From: a virus
Strand: one strand, 5' to 3'
IMG/VR virus record: IMGVR_UViG_3300028801_000007
Coordinates: 37,251-101,250 of that record
Length of the DNA stretch: 64,000 nucleotides
A model generated the notes under the pieces. It saw only the letters and a program-made list of their open reading frames with translations, was not told where the DNA came from and made no database searches. Positions 37,886 through 46,281 of this stretch are shown here, piece by piece (position 1 is the stretch's first letter; each line of letters opens with the position of its first letter). A program made the translations under genes and the position numbers.

Positions 37886-38346
37886 GATTTTTCTCCTAAC
37901 CACTTCTCATGCGTGGTCTCGACGGGTTCAAAGCCCAGATACTTGAATAGCGCAGATGCATCGTGATCTATCTTGCTACCCACCGCCCACCGCACTACGC
38001 CGCGGCGTCTAAGTTCATCCTCGACGAATCGAAACATCCGGATGCCCAAGCGACCCTTGCGTCGATCTGGCTTCACATAGAAAATGTCTGGCGAGCAGGT
38101 CAGGCAGGTTTCATAGTGGAGCGCGGAAGCGATAAAGCAAAAGAAGTACGAGACGATATCACCGGCTTCGCGACCAACCACAATCATCAATGAACCATCA
38201 GCTTGGCGATCCTCGTATACCTGCGTTCTAGGCTTTAGCGGAACGCCATGCGCCACGTGGGTGGAAATTTCCACATAGTGCTCCTCTAGCAACGGCTTCA
38301 TCTCGCCGTACACGTCGGAGAACCGCTCGATGGAAAAGGTGATCAC
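37879..38346 (-). CDS. GNAT-family acetyltransferase
   Basis: DIFYVKPDRRKGRLGIRMF (motif A), LFKYLGF (motif B). Confidence 0.8.
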   Translation of the reverse strand: MITFSIERFSDVYGEMKPLLEEHYVEISTHVAHGVPLKPRTQVYEDRQADGSLMIVVGREAGDIVSYFFCFIASALHYETCLTCSPDIFYVKPDRRKGRLGIRMFRFVEDELRRRGVVRWAVGSKIDHDASALFKYLGFEPVETTHEKWLGEKSW

Positions 38347-38921
38347 GAAAACCTCAGATCGATGATCATGTGAATGCGGTCATTTGCGCTGTTATTCGTG
38401 ACCTCATGCTCAATAGCATTTTCGAACCACCATAGTTCGCCAGGCCGCATGTGCACTTGCTCGTTGCCACATCGGAAAACGTTACCCGGCTCCGACTGCA
38501 GAACTAGGTGATAGCGGTCCCAATAGTCCGCGTGCCATTTCGTATCTGCATGAGGAAAAATATGCCCGCCTGGAGCGATGCGGTTAATCATGCAGCGCCC
38601 TAGCCGAGTTGCTCCCATACCGCTCATTAGAGCGCTGATATGTGTCCGCGCCTCCGGCAACTCATTCATTTCTGGTCGCCACGGACATTCGTGGAGGTCA
38701 TGGCCTGCTAGGCGATTTTCTTCGTAAGCCTTAACTTCCGAATCATCAATAACCTGCAATTTGTCTTGGAACCGAAGATAGATCGTATCTGTCTCGCCAA
38801 ACGGGCCTTGTGGAAACTTTCTAAGGAAGTCATCGGCTTTCCATAGTTCGGGTTTTCGGTACAGCGCATTTAGAAGCGGCGCGACCGTAACACCTTCGAA
38901 TATTTTTTGAAAGTTCCGCAT
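38343..38921 (-). CDS. Aspartyl/asparaginyl beta-hydroxylase-family 2OG-Fe(II) dioxygenase
   Basis: IAPGGHIFPHAD (HxD), RYHLVL, GELWWFEN..EHEV.N...DRIHMIID. Confidence 0.85.
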   Translation of the reverse strand: MRNFQKIFEGVTVAPLLNALYRKPELWKADDFLRKFPQGPFGETDTIYLRFQDKLQVIDDSEVKAYEENRLAGHDLHECPWRPEMNELPEARTHISALMSGMGATRLGRCMINRIAPGGHIFPHADTKWHADYWDRYHLVLQSEPGNVFRCGNEQVHMRPGELWWFENAIEHEVTNNSANDRIHMIIDLRFS

Positions 38922-38927
38922 GATCGC

Positions 38928-39263
38928 CTACTGGATCAGGACGCCGGAAGCGGTGAATGACACAGACGTAGCGGCGCTAGAGAAGGCGCGTAGCTGTGAG
39001 CCTGCAGGGATGACAGCGCCCGCGAGTTCAGGCGATACGTAGGATTCGCCGGGGGCAATAGTGCGTGCAGAGATCATTGATGTTGCTCCGAGTGCTCCAC
39101 CGGTAGAGATACCGGCAGTGATTGTGACTGCACTCGCCGTGGTGTTGGTGAACACCGCGCGACCAATTTGGGTCGATGTCTGCGTACCGGAAGTATATAC
39201 GGACGTGTCGACCGCCGCTAGTTGCTGTGGCGCGACAATTTGAACCGGCGTAATCGTGGTCAT
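38928..39263 (-). CDS. small beta-sandwich virion protein
   Basis: FTNTT...TIT...IAPGES..PEL.G.VI..G pattern; synteny. Confidence 0.6.
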   Translation of the reverse strand: MTTITPVQIVAPQQLAAVDTSVYTSGTQTSTQIGRAVFTNTTASAVTITAGISTGGALGATSMISARTIAPGESYVSPELAGAVIPAGSQLRAFSSAATSVSFTASGVLIQ

Positions 39264-39271
39264 GAGGTCTC

Positions 39272-40075
39272 CTAGTCCGGCAGAAATACGACGAGAGGCA
39301 ATCCGGTATACGTGATACGAACTTGATCCAAGCGCCGCAATGGAATTAGCCCACCAAGCGAACTGAGCGTCGAGGGAACGGCACCTTTCACGAATACATT
39401 CGCGGTTCCGACTGGAATCGGCGCGTTAAACGTCAGCGTGGTGCCGCTCAATGAATAAGTATTTGGCCCCTGCTCAGCCGCATCAAAGGCTATCCAGAGA
39501 TTGGATGCGCTGCCATAGGCCTGGGAAAGAGTGAGAGCGGTAGTCGTGCCGGGAGTGAAATCGGTGCCAGCCACAAAACCAGGCAGGCCACCAGACCCCT
39601 TCTCATCAGTCAGAGCGCCGATAACACCTGCGCTGGAAAGCGTTATTCCGGTAGGAACAACAATTCCCTGTCGGATAATTACGATCGATGACGCGACGCC
39701 ATTGCTCACGGACAGGGTTCCGTCATGAAGCGCGGTATAGGTGAACGGAGATGCACCGACAGTGATATTCTGTGCTGGCTGAGCACGTGGCGAGGGGTCT
39801 ACAAGAGCGCCACCAGCGATAAGCGTGGCCAGATTTTCCAGTCCTCGGTATGCCTGCGGGACATCCGCACCTTGCGCGAATAAGTTGGCCGCATCCAGTG
39901 CGTCGAACGGAGAAACAGGTGTAGTGCCGCCGCCCCCGGATCCAGTCCCCAGCACCTGTACACCTAGGTTATAGAGGAACAGATACCAGTTGATGTTCAA
40001 AAATGCAGGTGCACCCTGGCCGTCGACCGAGATAGGGACGCTTTGCGGAGGAATGAGAGTAGGCAGACCGCTCAT
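39272..40075 (-). CDS. tail-associated protein (needle-like position)
   Basis: WYLFL N-terminus, ITVGASPFTYT, and a beta module shared with the tailspike. Confidence 0.6.
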   Translation of the reverse strand: MSGLPTLIPPQSVPISVDGQGAPAFLNINWYLFLYNLGVQVLGTGSGGGGTTPVSPFDALDAANLFAQGADVPQAYRGLENLATLIAGGALVDPSPRAQPAQNITVGASPFTYTALHDGTLSVSNGVASSIVIIRQGIVVPTGITLSSAGVIGALTDEKGSGGLPGFVAGTDFTPGTTTALTLSQAYGSASNLWIAFDAAEQGPNTYSLSGTTLTFNAPIPVGTANVFVKGAVPSTLSSLGGLIPLRRLDQVRITYTGLPLVVFLPD

Positions 40076-41712
40076 GCTGAACTGAATGCTTTCATCGTTG
40101 CACCAACAAGGTCGCGATTCACTGGATCGATCACTTCCAGATCGACCACATTATCCCGGCCCCAGCCTAGCTTGCGCCACATCGTGCGTGTGCGATACTC
40201 ACCTATTGCACCCATCGGCGCATACATACGATCGCCGAATGTCCTGCCGCCATCGCGAGAGATCGAGAGTCCGCAGCGCGGATTCGTACCCATGCCGCTT
40301 GGGTTGCCGACCCCAACGTTAAAATCGAGTTGTAGGCTTTGCATGAAAACACGTCCGCGTTGCCCGCCGTCCCAAATATGTGGTGCGCGTCGCTTTGCCA
40401 GCAGTGGCCAGCCAGCATCGGTATAGGCGGCTCTCGTAAGTTGGTACAGAGCCCCGTTTTGATAGTCGCCAACGACGCGCATACCCTGGAAGTTCATGAA
40501 TGCGTTCGAACGGTGGCGATGGAACTCCTTTGCATACGGATCGTACGAAAGGCGCTTGTGCAGCAGCCCTGATTGCCCGTCATAGCACCAGCACGTGTCT
40601 GCGGTCGGGAATATCAGCACATAGAATTCATGCGTGTCTTCCTGATAGGTGTATCCGATTGCGTCGTCGGTGGTCGCGTATGTGGCCACCTCCGCACCGA
40701 AAGAAGGCGTAGATATGACCTGATCGAGAAAGCCTTGCGTCCGCACGATCACATTCTCGCCGCGCTCCGACCGCCCGAACCAGATCAACCCTTCCTGACC
40801 CTGGGACCCATAGCGAGCCACCGAGTGTTTAGCCTTGCAACCGACCTGCAAAAGGGTGCCGACAATGCGCTGAAAGGCAAAGGTCGCGCCTACACCACCT
40901 GGCGCGCCGCCAGCGTTGTACCAAATCTCTGTCGTCTTATCGCCTATCAACCACAGCAGCTCTTTGTTCTCGATCACGGCCACGAGGTTGTCAGCCGCGG
41001 CATCCTTGAGTGCGAAGAACAGCGCATTGAACGTCAGGCTATACGGCTGCGAGTTCGAATAGAACGTCTGTGTGCCCGGCTTGTTGAAGATCCACCAACC
41101 GTCGATATAGGCAACCGTATCTGAGCCTAGAAAACTCGGATCGTTGATCTGAGTGAAGGCCTGCGTCGCTATGTCATAGAGATAACCGTTCGGGCCATCT
41201 ACGATCACGGCGTTGCCGCCGCCCGTATTGTTGTCGCGGATGTGCACGGGGCCGGTGCTGGTTTGGAGCGTACCGACCGAAGTCAGAGACAAGGTGGGAA
41301 ACACGGTGGGCGCCGTCATTGTCGCAGTGACGAGATAGCAAGTGTTTCCAATGACCGCTAGGGCTGTCGTATCGACCGTGCTACCCGTCCCGTTCGGCAC
41401 CGTGTCGTTATTGGCCGGAAGCTCCCACAGCCCGCGCACCTCCAGCGAAGGGCCGGAGTACGGCATGGGCCACACGGTCATTGTCGAAGTGAATCCGGGC
41501 GCACCGGCCCCGGCGACAGGTGCGGCGACAAGTTGGTTTAGGCCTGGGCAACCCAGCAGACCAAGCACCTCTTTGGAGTTGCCCGGATCGACCTCGGCGT
41601 ACATGTTGATGCACATCTGATCGTCTTGCAGATGGTTAGGCGCATTGTCCTGACCGCCAGCCAGGCCAAAATCACCGAACAGGTTCAGAGGTCCGTTATT
41701 ACCGCCTGGCAT
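40072..41712 (-). CDS. Tail hub / DNA-stabilisation protein (P22 gp10-like)
   Basis: IDGWWIF, TTEIWYNAG, YQEDTHEFYVL.FP, SRDGGRTF, WRKLG. Confidence 0.85.
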   Translation of the reverse strand: MPGGNNGPLNLFGDFGLAGGQDNAPNHLQDDQMCINMYAEVDPGNSKEVLGLLGCPGLNQLVAAPVAGAGAPGFTSTMTVWPMPYSGPSLEVRGLWELPANNDTVPNGTGSTVDTTALAVIGNTCYLVTATMTAPTVFPTLSLTSVGTLQTSTGPVHIRDNNTGGGNAVIVDGPNGYLYDIATQAFTQINDPSFLGSDTVAYIDGWWIFNKPGTQTFYSNSQPYSLTFNALFFALKDAAADNLVAVIENKELLWLIGDKTTEIWYNAGGAPGGVGATFAFQRIVGTLLQVGCKAKHSVARYGSQGQEGLIWFGRSERGENVIVRTQGFLDQVISTPSFGAEVATYATTDDAIGYTYQEDTHEFYVLIFPTADTCWCYDGQSGLLHKRLSYDPYAKEFHRHRSNAFMNFQGMRVVGDYQNGALYQLTRAAYTDAGWPLLAKRRAPHIWDGGQRGRVFMQSLQLDFNVGVGNPSGMGTNPRCGLSISRDGGRTFGDRMYAPMGAIGEYRTRTMWRKLGWGRDNVVDLEVIDPVNRDLVGATMKAFSSA

Positions 41713-42704
41713 TATCGGTAACCTCCATGAGTCACCCATCCGCCATCGGGCCTGTTCCCTCGCGACAGCTCACGGTCATAGTTCGACACGTTCGCCGGCT
41801 TCGCATTGAGCGCTTTTACAAACTCTCGCGCCTCCTTCGCATTCAACGTGATGGCCGGAGTAAGCGGGAAGCCATACTCCGCACAGATTTCTTTCGCGAG
41901 CAGCCACTTGAGCATTCGGCTGTAGCCCTGAGGCATGACAAGGACTTGCTGCAACGTAAGATTTTGTAGGATCGTATCCGTGAACAGATGGCACTCTGTG
42001 CTGTTACCCGGGGTCTGGTAGACATTCAGAAGGCCATACGGGAACGTATTGTTGTACCATGCCACGGTAGGCCACGGCCCAGGCTGGGCCTTGTATAGGA
42101 ATTGCGTGTACTGTGTTTCCGTAGCGTAGACGTCAAGCGTGAAATCGAGCGCATTGAAGCGTGTGAATCCGTGCGTGATGCGCAGCGGGCGCGGAATCGG
42201 CAAGTCACCGGGGACTGTGAAGGTGATGCTATCCAGGCCGGCAGAGTTTCCGATCGCCGGCGCAGACATCGTTATGGTCGTCGGCGTTACCGACAGCACT
42301 GTGGCATTGACCGGAATCAGTCCCTGCGCATCTGACAGGATCGAGCCGGAGCCAACCTGAAAAGCCGGATTCTGTCCGGAGACAAGCTGCGGCGGCAGGT
42401 TGGTAATTCCGGCTATGACCGGTGAGCCTGCCGTTAGAGTCCCGGTAAAAGGCTGCAGTCCGAGCAGGGTGCATACCGGATTGCCTATCTTGTACAGGCG
42501 CTGCTGCGCCGTCCACGAAAGAATGTTTTCCTGCGAGCCAAATATATGGTCTTTATCCAGGCTGAGCGAGTCGAGCAAATCGTTCAGCGTGTCCAAACAA
42601 TCCGCAGCGTCGAACTCCGCGAGCTGCTCGCCAGACTGATACGAATTGATGCGACGCAGCGCCCCTTTGATGAGGCTCTCTGCCGTAGTGGTTCCAATGG
42701 TCAT
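41712..42704 (-). CDS. Head-tail adaptor (P22 gp4-like) with inserted beta domain
   Basis: TAESLIKGALRRI...D.LDTLNDLLDS; PQGYSRML...LA.E...EYG. Confidence 0.75.
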   Translation of the reverse strand: MTIGTTTAESLIKGALRRINSYQSGEQLAEFDAADCLDTLNDLLDSLSLDKDHIFGSQENILSWTAQQRLYKIGNPVCTLLGLQPFTGTLTAGSPVIAGITNLPPQLVSGQNPAFQVGSGSILSDAQGLIPVNATVLSVTPTTITMSAPAIGNSAGLDSITFTVPGDLPIPRPLRITHGFTRFNALDFTLDVYATETQYTQFLYKAQPGPWPTVAWYNNTFPYGLLNVYQTPGNSTECHLFTDTILQNLTLQQVLVMPQGYSRMLKWLLAKEICAEYGFPLTPAITLNAKEAREFVKALNAKPANVSNYDRELSRGNRPDGGWVTHGGYR

Positions 42705-43039
42705 GAAAAAGCTCCCGCGGTGAACTGGCTGGACACGGCCATCTTCGGCGCATTGACCGTAAGCGTTATTGGCGGCGTGTAGGCTTCGCTCACCGGAGTC
42801 GTGTTGGTCACTGTGACCGGTTGCCCTGCTGCTGGCGATTGCGCTGTTACGACGTCTACCGGCGCTCCGGGTTGCCACACGATGGCCACCGGCCAAGGGG
42901 AGAAATATCCAACTGTCGGCGCAGAAGTCTGAGCGTTCGGCACAGAGCCATCGTTCGGAACGATATTGGCCTCGATCAGCGCCACGGTAGCCGCTCGATA
43001 GTTCAGGCCAACCAGATTCGGCATCGTCGCCATACCCAT
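42701..43039 (-). CDS. PASTA-domain protein
   Basis: MPNLVGL...A...L...V.AQSPAAG..V...ITLTV. Confidence 0.7.
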   Translation of the reverse strand: MGMATMPNLVGLNYRAATVALIEANIVPNDGSVPNAQTSAPTVGYFSPWPVAIVWQPGAPVDVVTAQSPAAGQPVTVTNTTPVSEAYTPPITLTVNAPKMAVSSQFTAGAFS

Positions 43040-43046
43040 TCATCCG

Positions 43047-43074
43047 AAAGAAAAAGAGCCGCCCTAAGGCGGCC
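43047..43074 (-). terminator. Intrinsic terminator after the capsid genes
   Basis: GGCCGCC-TTAG-GGCGGCT-CTTTTTCTTT on the minus strand. Confidence 0.75.
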
Positions 43075-43106
43075 CCAAGGCCCCGAGGCCACCCGAGGAG
43101 ACTCGA

Positions 43107-43514
43107 TTACCAGTCCATCTGGTTGCCAGAAGCGGGCTTGATCCAGTTGGGTTGGACGCGCAGAACGTTGACCTGATACGTTTCAGCGGTGGGCGTGATC
43201 GGCGATGCGGTTGCGTTGATATAAGTGATCGCAAGCGTATCGACTGCCGACACGCGAACGTTCACGATACCCAAACCAGCTTGGAAGCTCGGCTTGCTCA
43301 CATCCACATTGTCGGTAACCAACAGGCCAATGCCGGTTGCAGCAAAGGTCTGTTCGGCAGTCGTGTTTGCCGCCACAGCGGTGGGCGTCAGAGCGATGGA
43401 GAAAATCCCCGTCTTCTGGACGTTACCGATCGGCGACTGGACGGTATCCGGCTGAGTCGCTACGTTCGGCCCAGGATTCGAGCCATCGACGTTAGTGCTT
43501 GAAGGGAATGCCAT
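43107..43514 (-). CDS. putative capsid decoration protein
   Basis: Directly after coat; P.AVAANT.AEQTF...G...RVSA.DTL.I. Confidence 0.6.
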   Translation of the reverse strand: MAFPSSTNVDGSNPGPNVATQPDTVQSPIGNVQKTGIFSIALTPTAVAANTTAEQTFAATGIGLLVTDNVDVSKPSFQAGLGIVNVRVSAVDTLAITYINATASPITPTAETYQVNVLRVQPNWIKPASGNQMDW

Positions 43515-43526
43515 GATATTTTCTCC

Positions 43527-44912
43527 TTAGCCCGACACGCGGCAAGCCAGCGAACGATAGAGGCTCGAAAATCCGTATGCCACATCCATACGTGTCGGTT
43601 CCGCGTCGTTATTGATCGTATATTGCGTTGCAACCCGGATCGATAGACCGAGATCTTCATCGAATGCTCGACTTGCTTCGACCGCGGTGCGCGGCAGCGG
43701 CAAATCGACGAAGGCCAGTGCGAAGGCATCCCGATGGAAGTACAGATTTTCCGTCGAGGAGGTCGCCGCTGCTGCGCCGCCGTTGATCGTCACAGCCGGG
43801 TTCCCAGTGAATGCAGCACGCGCTTGGCAGTTCTGGAACTGGCCGCCCGTGATCACGCACTCGCCGATCGTTACCGACAGCGTGCCGGTACCGCTCGACG
43901 TATAGACGCCGGTCGTTGCGTTGAACGTGCCAGCCGCGAGCGTCGCAGGAGCGAAGCCGGGACCGCCAGGCGCAGCCGACCCAGTGAGTTGCGCGTAGCC
44001 GCCCGGAGGAAGCACCACGAACTGCTTGAGCGTGGTGCCGTAGCTGCCGCGGTTCTGCGGGTTGACCGGGAAGATACCGGCGATCTGGATCGTGTCGCCG
44101 ACCGTGCACTGAGCTGCAGTGTTGGTCAAGCCTTGGATGTTCAACACACCCGTCTGCGCCCAGCCCGAAGTGAGCAACGCCGAACCAGCAGAAGCCGTAG
44201 TCACGCCAGCCAAGACCGGCGTACCAGTCAAGGTGCCAGTCGTATAGTTGGCGATGTTCGGATCTTCGAACCAGTCGGCGCCGGCGGTCTTCAAGGCGAT
44301 CATGCCCGTCTCGAAGTAGTCGCTGATGTTCGCTTGCGGATTGAAGAGGCCCGACAGTGCCGGCGTCAGGAACGCATTGGCAATTGGGTGCATCACGGCG
44401 GTCGGGATCAAGCCCTTGGGCATGCCTTCCGACACGAGGATAGCGCGAGCGTTGGTGAATGCTTGGAGCGCCGCCTGTGCGGTCTGGCCGCTGCCGGGGG
44501 GCGTACCGGGCGTGCCTTGACGGTTTGCGGTGTTCTGCAAAGCGAAGTAGGCGCCGTCCGAATCGATGCGGTTACCCACTGCGACGCAAGCCGGGTGGAT
44601 GAAGCGCTCTTCGAAGTCGTCGATGTCCAACAGCATGTTGATGGTGTTGAACTGGATGTCGACGTGGAACTGATACAGGATGTTGACCGGTACGTAGTTC
44701 TCCGTGCTGGGCTCGACATTGAGCGCAGGGCCGAAAGTACCGAGGTAGCGCGGGGGCAGGCGGACGTTACACGTCGCACCGATCTTGCGGCCCTTTTGCC
44801 CGAATTCTTTGTCGTACTGGCGGTTGAATTTGTCCGTCAAAACGCACATGTTTGCCAGAACCGGGAGTGCCCGGTTGGTGATCTGGCTGATCGTGAGTAG
44901 CTGATTTGACAC
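43527..44912 (-). CDS. Major capsid protein (P22 gp5-like)
   Basis: MSNQLLTISQIT..AL..L.N, K.GAT..VRLP, FHRDAFALA..DL, R.DV.YG. Confidence 0.9.
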   Translation of the reverse strand: MSNQLLTISQITNRALPVLANMCVLTDKFNRQYDKEFGQKGRKIGATCNVRLPPRYLGTFGPALNVEPSTENYVPVNILYQFHVDIQFNTINMLLDIDDFEERFIHPACVAVGNRIDSDGAYFALQNTANRQGTPGTPPGSGQTAQAALQAFTNARAILVSEGMPKGLIPTAVMHPIANAFLTPALSGLFNPQANISDYFETGMIALKTAGADWFEDPNIANYTTGTLTGTPVLAGVTTASAGSALLTSGWAQTGVLNIQGLTNTAAQCTVGDTIQIAGIFPVNPQNRGSYGTTLKQFVVLPPGGYAQLTGSAAPGGPGFAPATLAAGTFNATTGVYTSSGTGTLSVTIGECVITGGQFQNCQARAAFTGNPAVTINGGAAAATSSTENLYFHRDAFALAFVDLPLPRTAVEASRAFDEDLGLSIRVATQYTINNDAEPTRMDVAYGFSSLYRSLACRVSG

Positions 44913-44986
44913 GTGTAGCTCCTAAGCGCGCCATGAGGCGCAAAGCATCCGCAAAAGCGCAGCTTAGGGACCACCGGAGATGCGGC

Positions 44987-46021
44987 TTAATGCCGCTTAC
45001 GTGAACCGAGATTGACGCGGTTGCGCTTGGCAAAGTCCTCGATTGATTCCCGGATGTTCATATCCTTCGAATCTTTCGAAGCTGCTGCGTTACCGCCTGC
45101 ATCTAACGGCGCGAACACCGGGGCCGGCTTGCTGCGCGGCTTGCTCAGGTCAATGCCTGTATTGGTGCTCGGCTCGGTCTTGGCGACCTTCCCGTTGGAT
45201 GCTTCTTTGCTCGACTTGCTGTCGTGCTCGGTTTGAGTGCTACCACCGAATGGCGTGAGTGTACTCTCAATTTTTCCGATTTTCACTAATTGGGTGTGTG
45301 GCGACAATTTCAGTAGCGAAACTAATACATCCGGGTTCTTGGCCAGATAGTAGGTCAGTTCGGCCACCATCTCGGATTCTTCGAGGTAAGTACCGATGGC
45401 TGGCGACAGCGTAGAGTCGTTGCCCATGATCGTTTCTTCGAAGTCTGGCACCAGGTCTATGGCCTTCACAATGCGGCCTTTGGCGGTCTCGATACGCTCG
45501 TCATACTCGCGCTTTTGCGCCGCAGTACGGTCTTCTTCGGCCTTTTCAGCCAGGCGTTTGTCGACGCCGTACTGAATCATTGCGTCCACCCAATCGTTCT
45601 CGCTGGAGAAATTCTGGCGCAATGGGGGTACCGGTGCAGTGCTTTCCACCGTCTCCGGGGTACTCCCTTGCTTGAGCGCCGCCAATTGTTTCTCAAGATT
45701 CTCGGCGCGCTGCTCTGCAAGATGGCGCTGATTGTACTCGGCCTCGGCGAACTCTTCGGCTTCCATGCGCTTGCGATGCTGCTTGCCGACGGCCCTTTGC
45801 ATGCGCTTCGTGAGCACCTCCTTATCGGCGGCACTCAGACCTTTTTCATCTTCGTCGTCGTCTTGGTCTTGATCCTGCTGCTGCCCGGTCGGCTTGCTGG
45901 CATCCTTGCCCTCGGGCTTTTGCGCTTGCACTTGCTGATCACCTTGGGGCTGATCCAACTCGACTCCGGCATCGGCCAGGATTCCAGTCAGATCGGTACT
46001 ATCGAGTACGGTTACGGTCAT
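44987..46021 (-). CDS. Scaffolding protein
   Basis: Acidic coiled coil upstream of coat; YYLAKNP motif. Confidence 0.75.
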   Translation of the reverse strand: MTVTVLDSTDLTGILADAGVELDQPQGDQQVQAQKPEGKDASKPTGQQQDQDQDDDEDEKGLSAADKEVLTKRMQRAVGKQHRKRMEAEEFAEAEYNQRHLAEQRAENLEKQLAALKQGSTPETVESTAPVPPLRQNFSSENDWVDAMIQYGVDKRLAEKAEEDRTAAQKREYDERIETAKGRIVKAIDLVPDFEETIMGNDSTLSPAIGTYLEESEMVAELTYYLAKNPDVLVSLLKLSPHTQLVKIGKIESTLTPFGGSTQTEHDSKSSKEASNGKVAKTEPSTNTGIDLSKPRSKPAPVFAPLDAGGNAAASKDSKDMNIRESIEDFAKRNRVNLGSRKRH

Positions 46022-46281
46022 TTGCATTCTCCAACGAAGAGTGGCGAATATTTACGCTCGAAAACCTCTTTCGGATTGATATAGACATACCCATCCTCCT
46101 GAGTTACCAGATAGTCACCTTCGATCGGAAAGTAACGAGCCGTCATTTCTTCGGTGATTATCGAGTTTGTACCATCTCGGAGAGCCACGTCGTATGAACC
46201 GTTGTTGTGCGCCTCATTGTCAATGCTAACTATCTCGATAGCTCGTACCTTTACTGGTTTTGCCGTATGCGTAAAGTTCAT
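46018..46281 (-). CDS. small hypothetical protein between portal and scaffold
   Basis: GDYLVTQEDGYVYINPKEVFERKY; coupled on both sides. Confidence 0.65.
   Translation of the reverse strand: MNFTHTAKPVKVRAIEIVSIDNEAHNNGSYDVALRDGTNSIITEEMTARYFPIEGDYLVTQEDGYVYINPKEVFERKYSPLFVGECK

Noticed and set aside
42705-43043. N-terminal extension of the 443-aa ORF 41712-43043
   Set aside because: Overlaps the PASTA gene in another frame; the ATG at 42704 gives ATGA coupling and a typical adaptor N-terminus
43734-44900. 388-aa plus-strand ORF and similar long antisense ORFs (8626-9294, 11058-11909, 60025-60702)
   Set aside because: Shadow ORFs opposite well-supported genes in GC-rich DNA; no motifs
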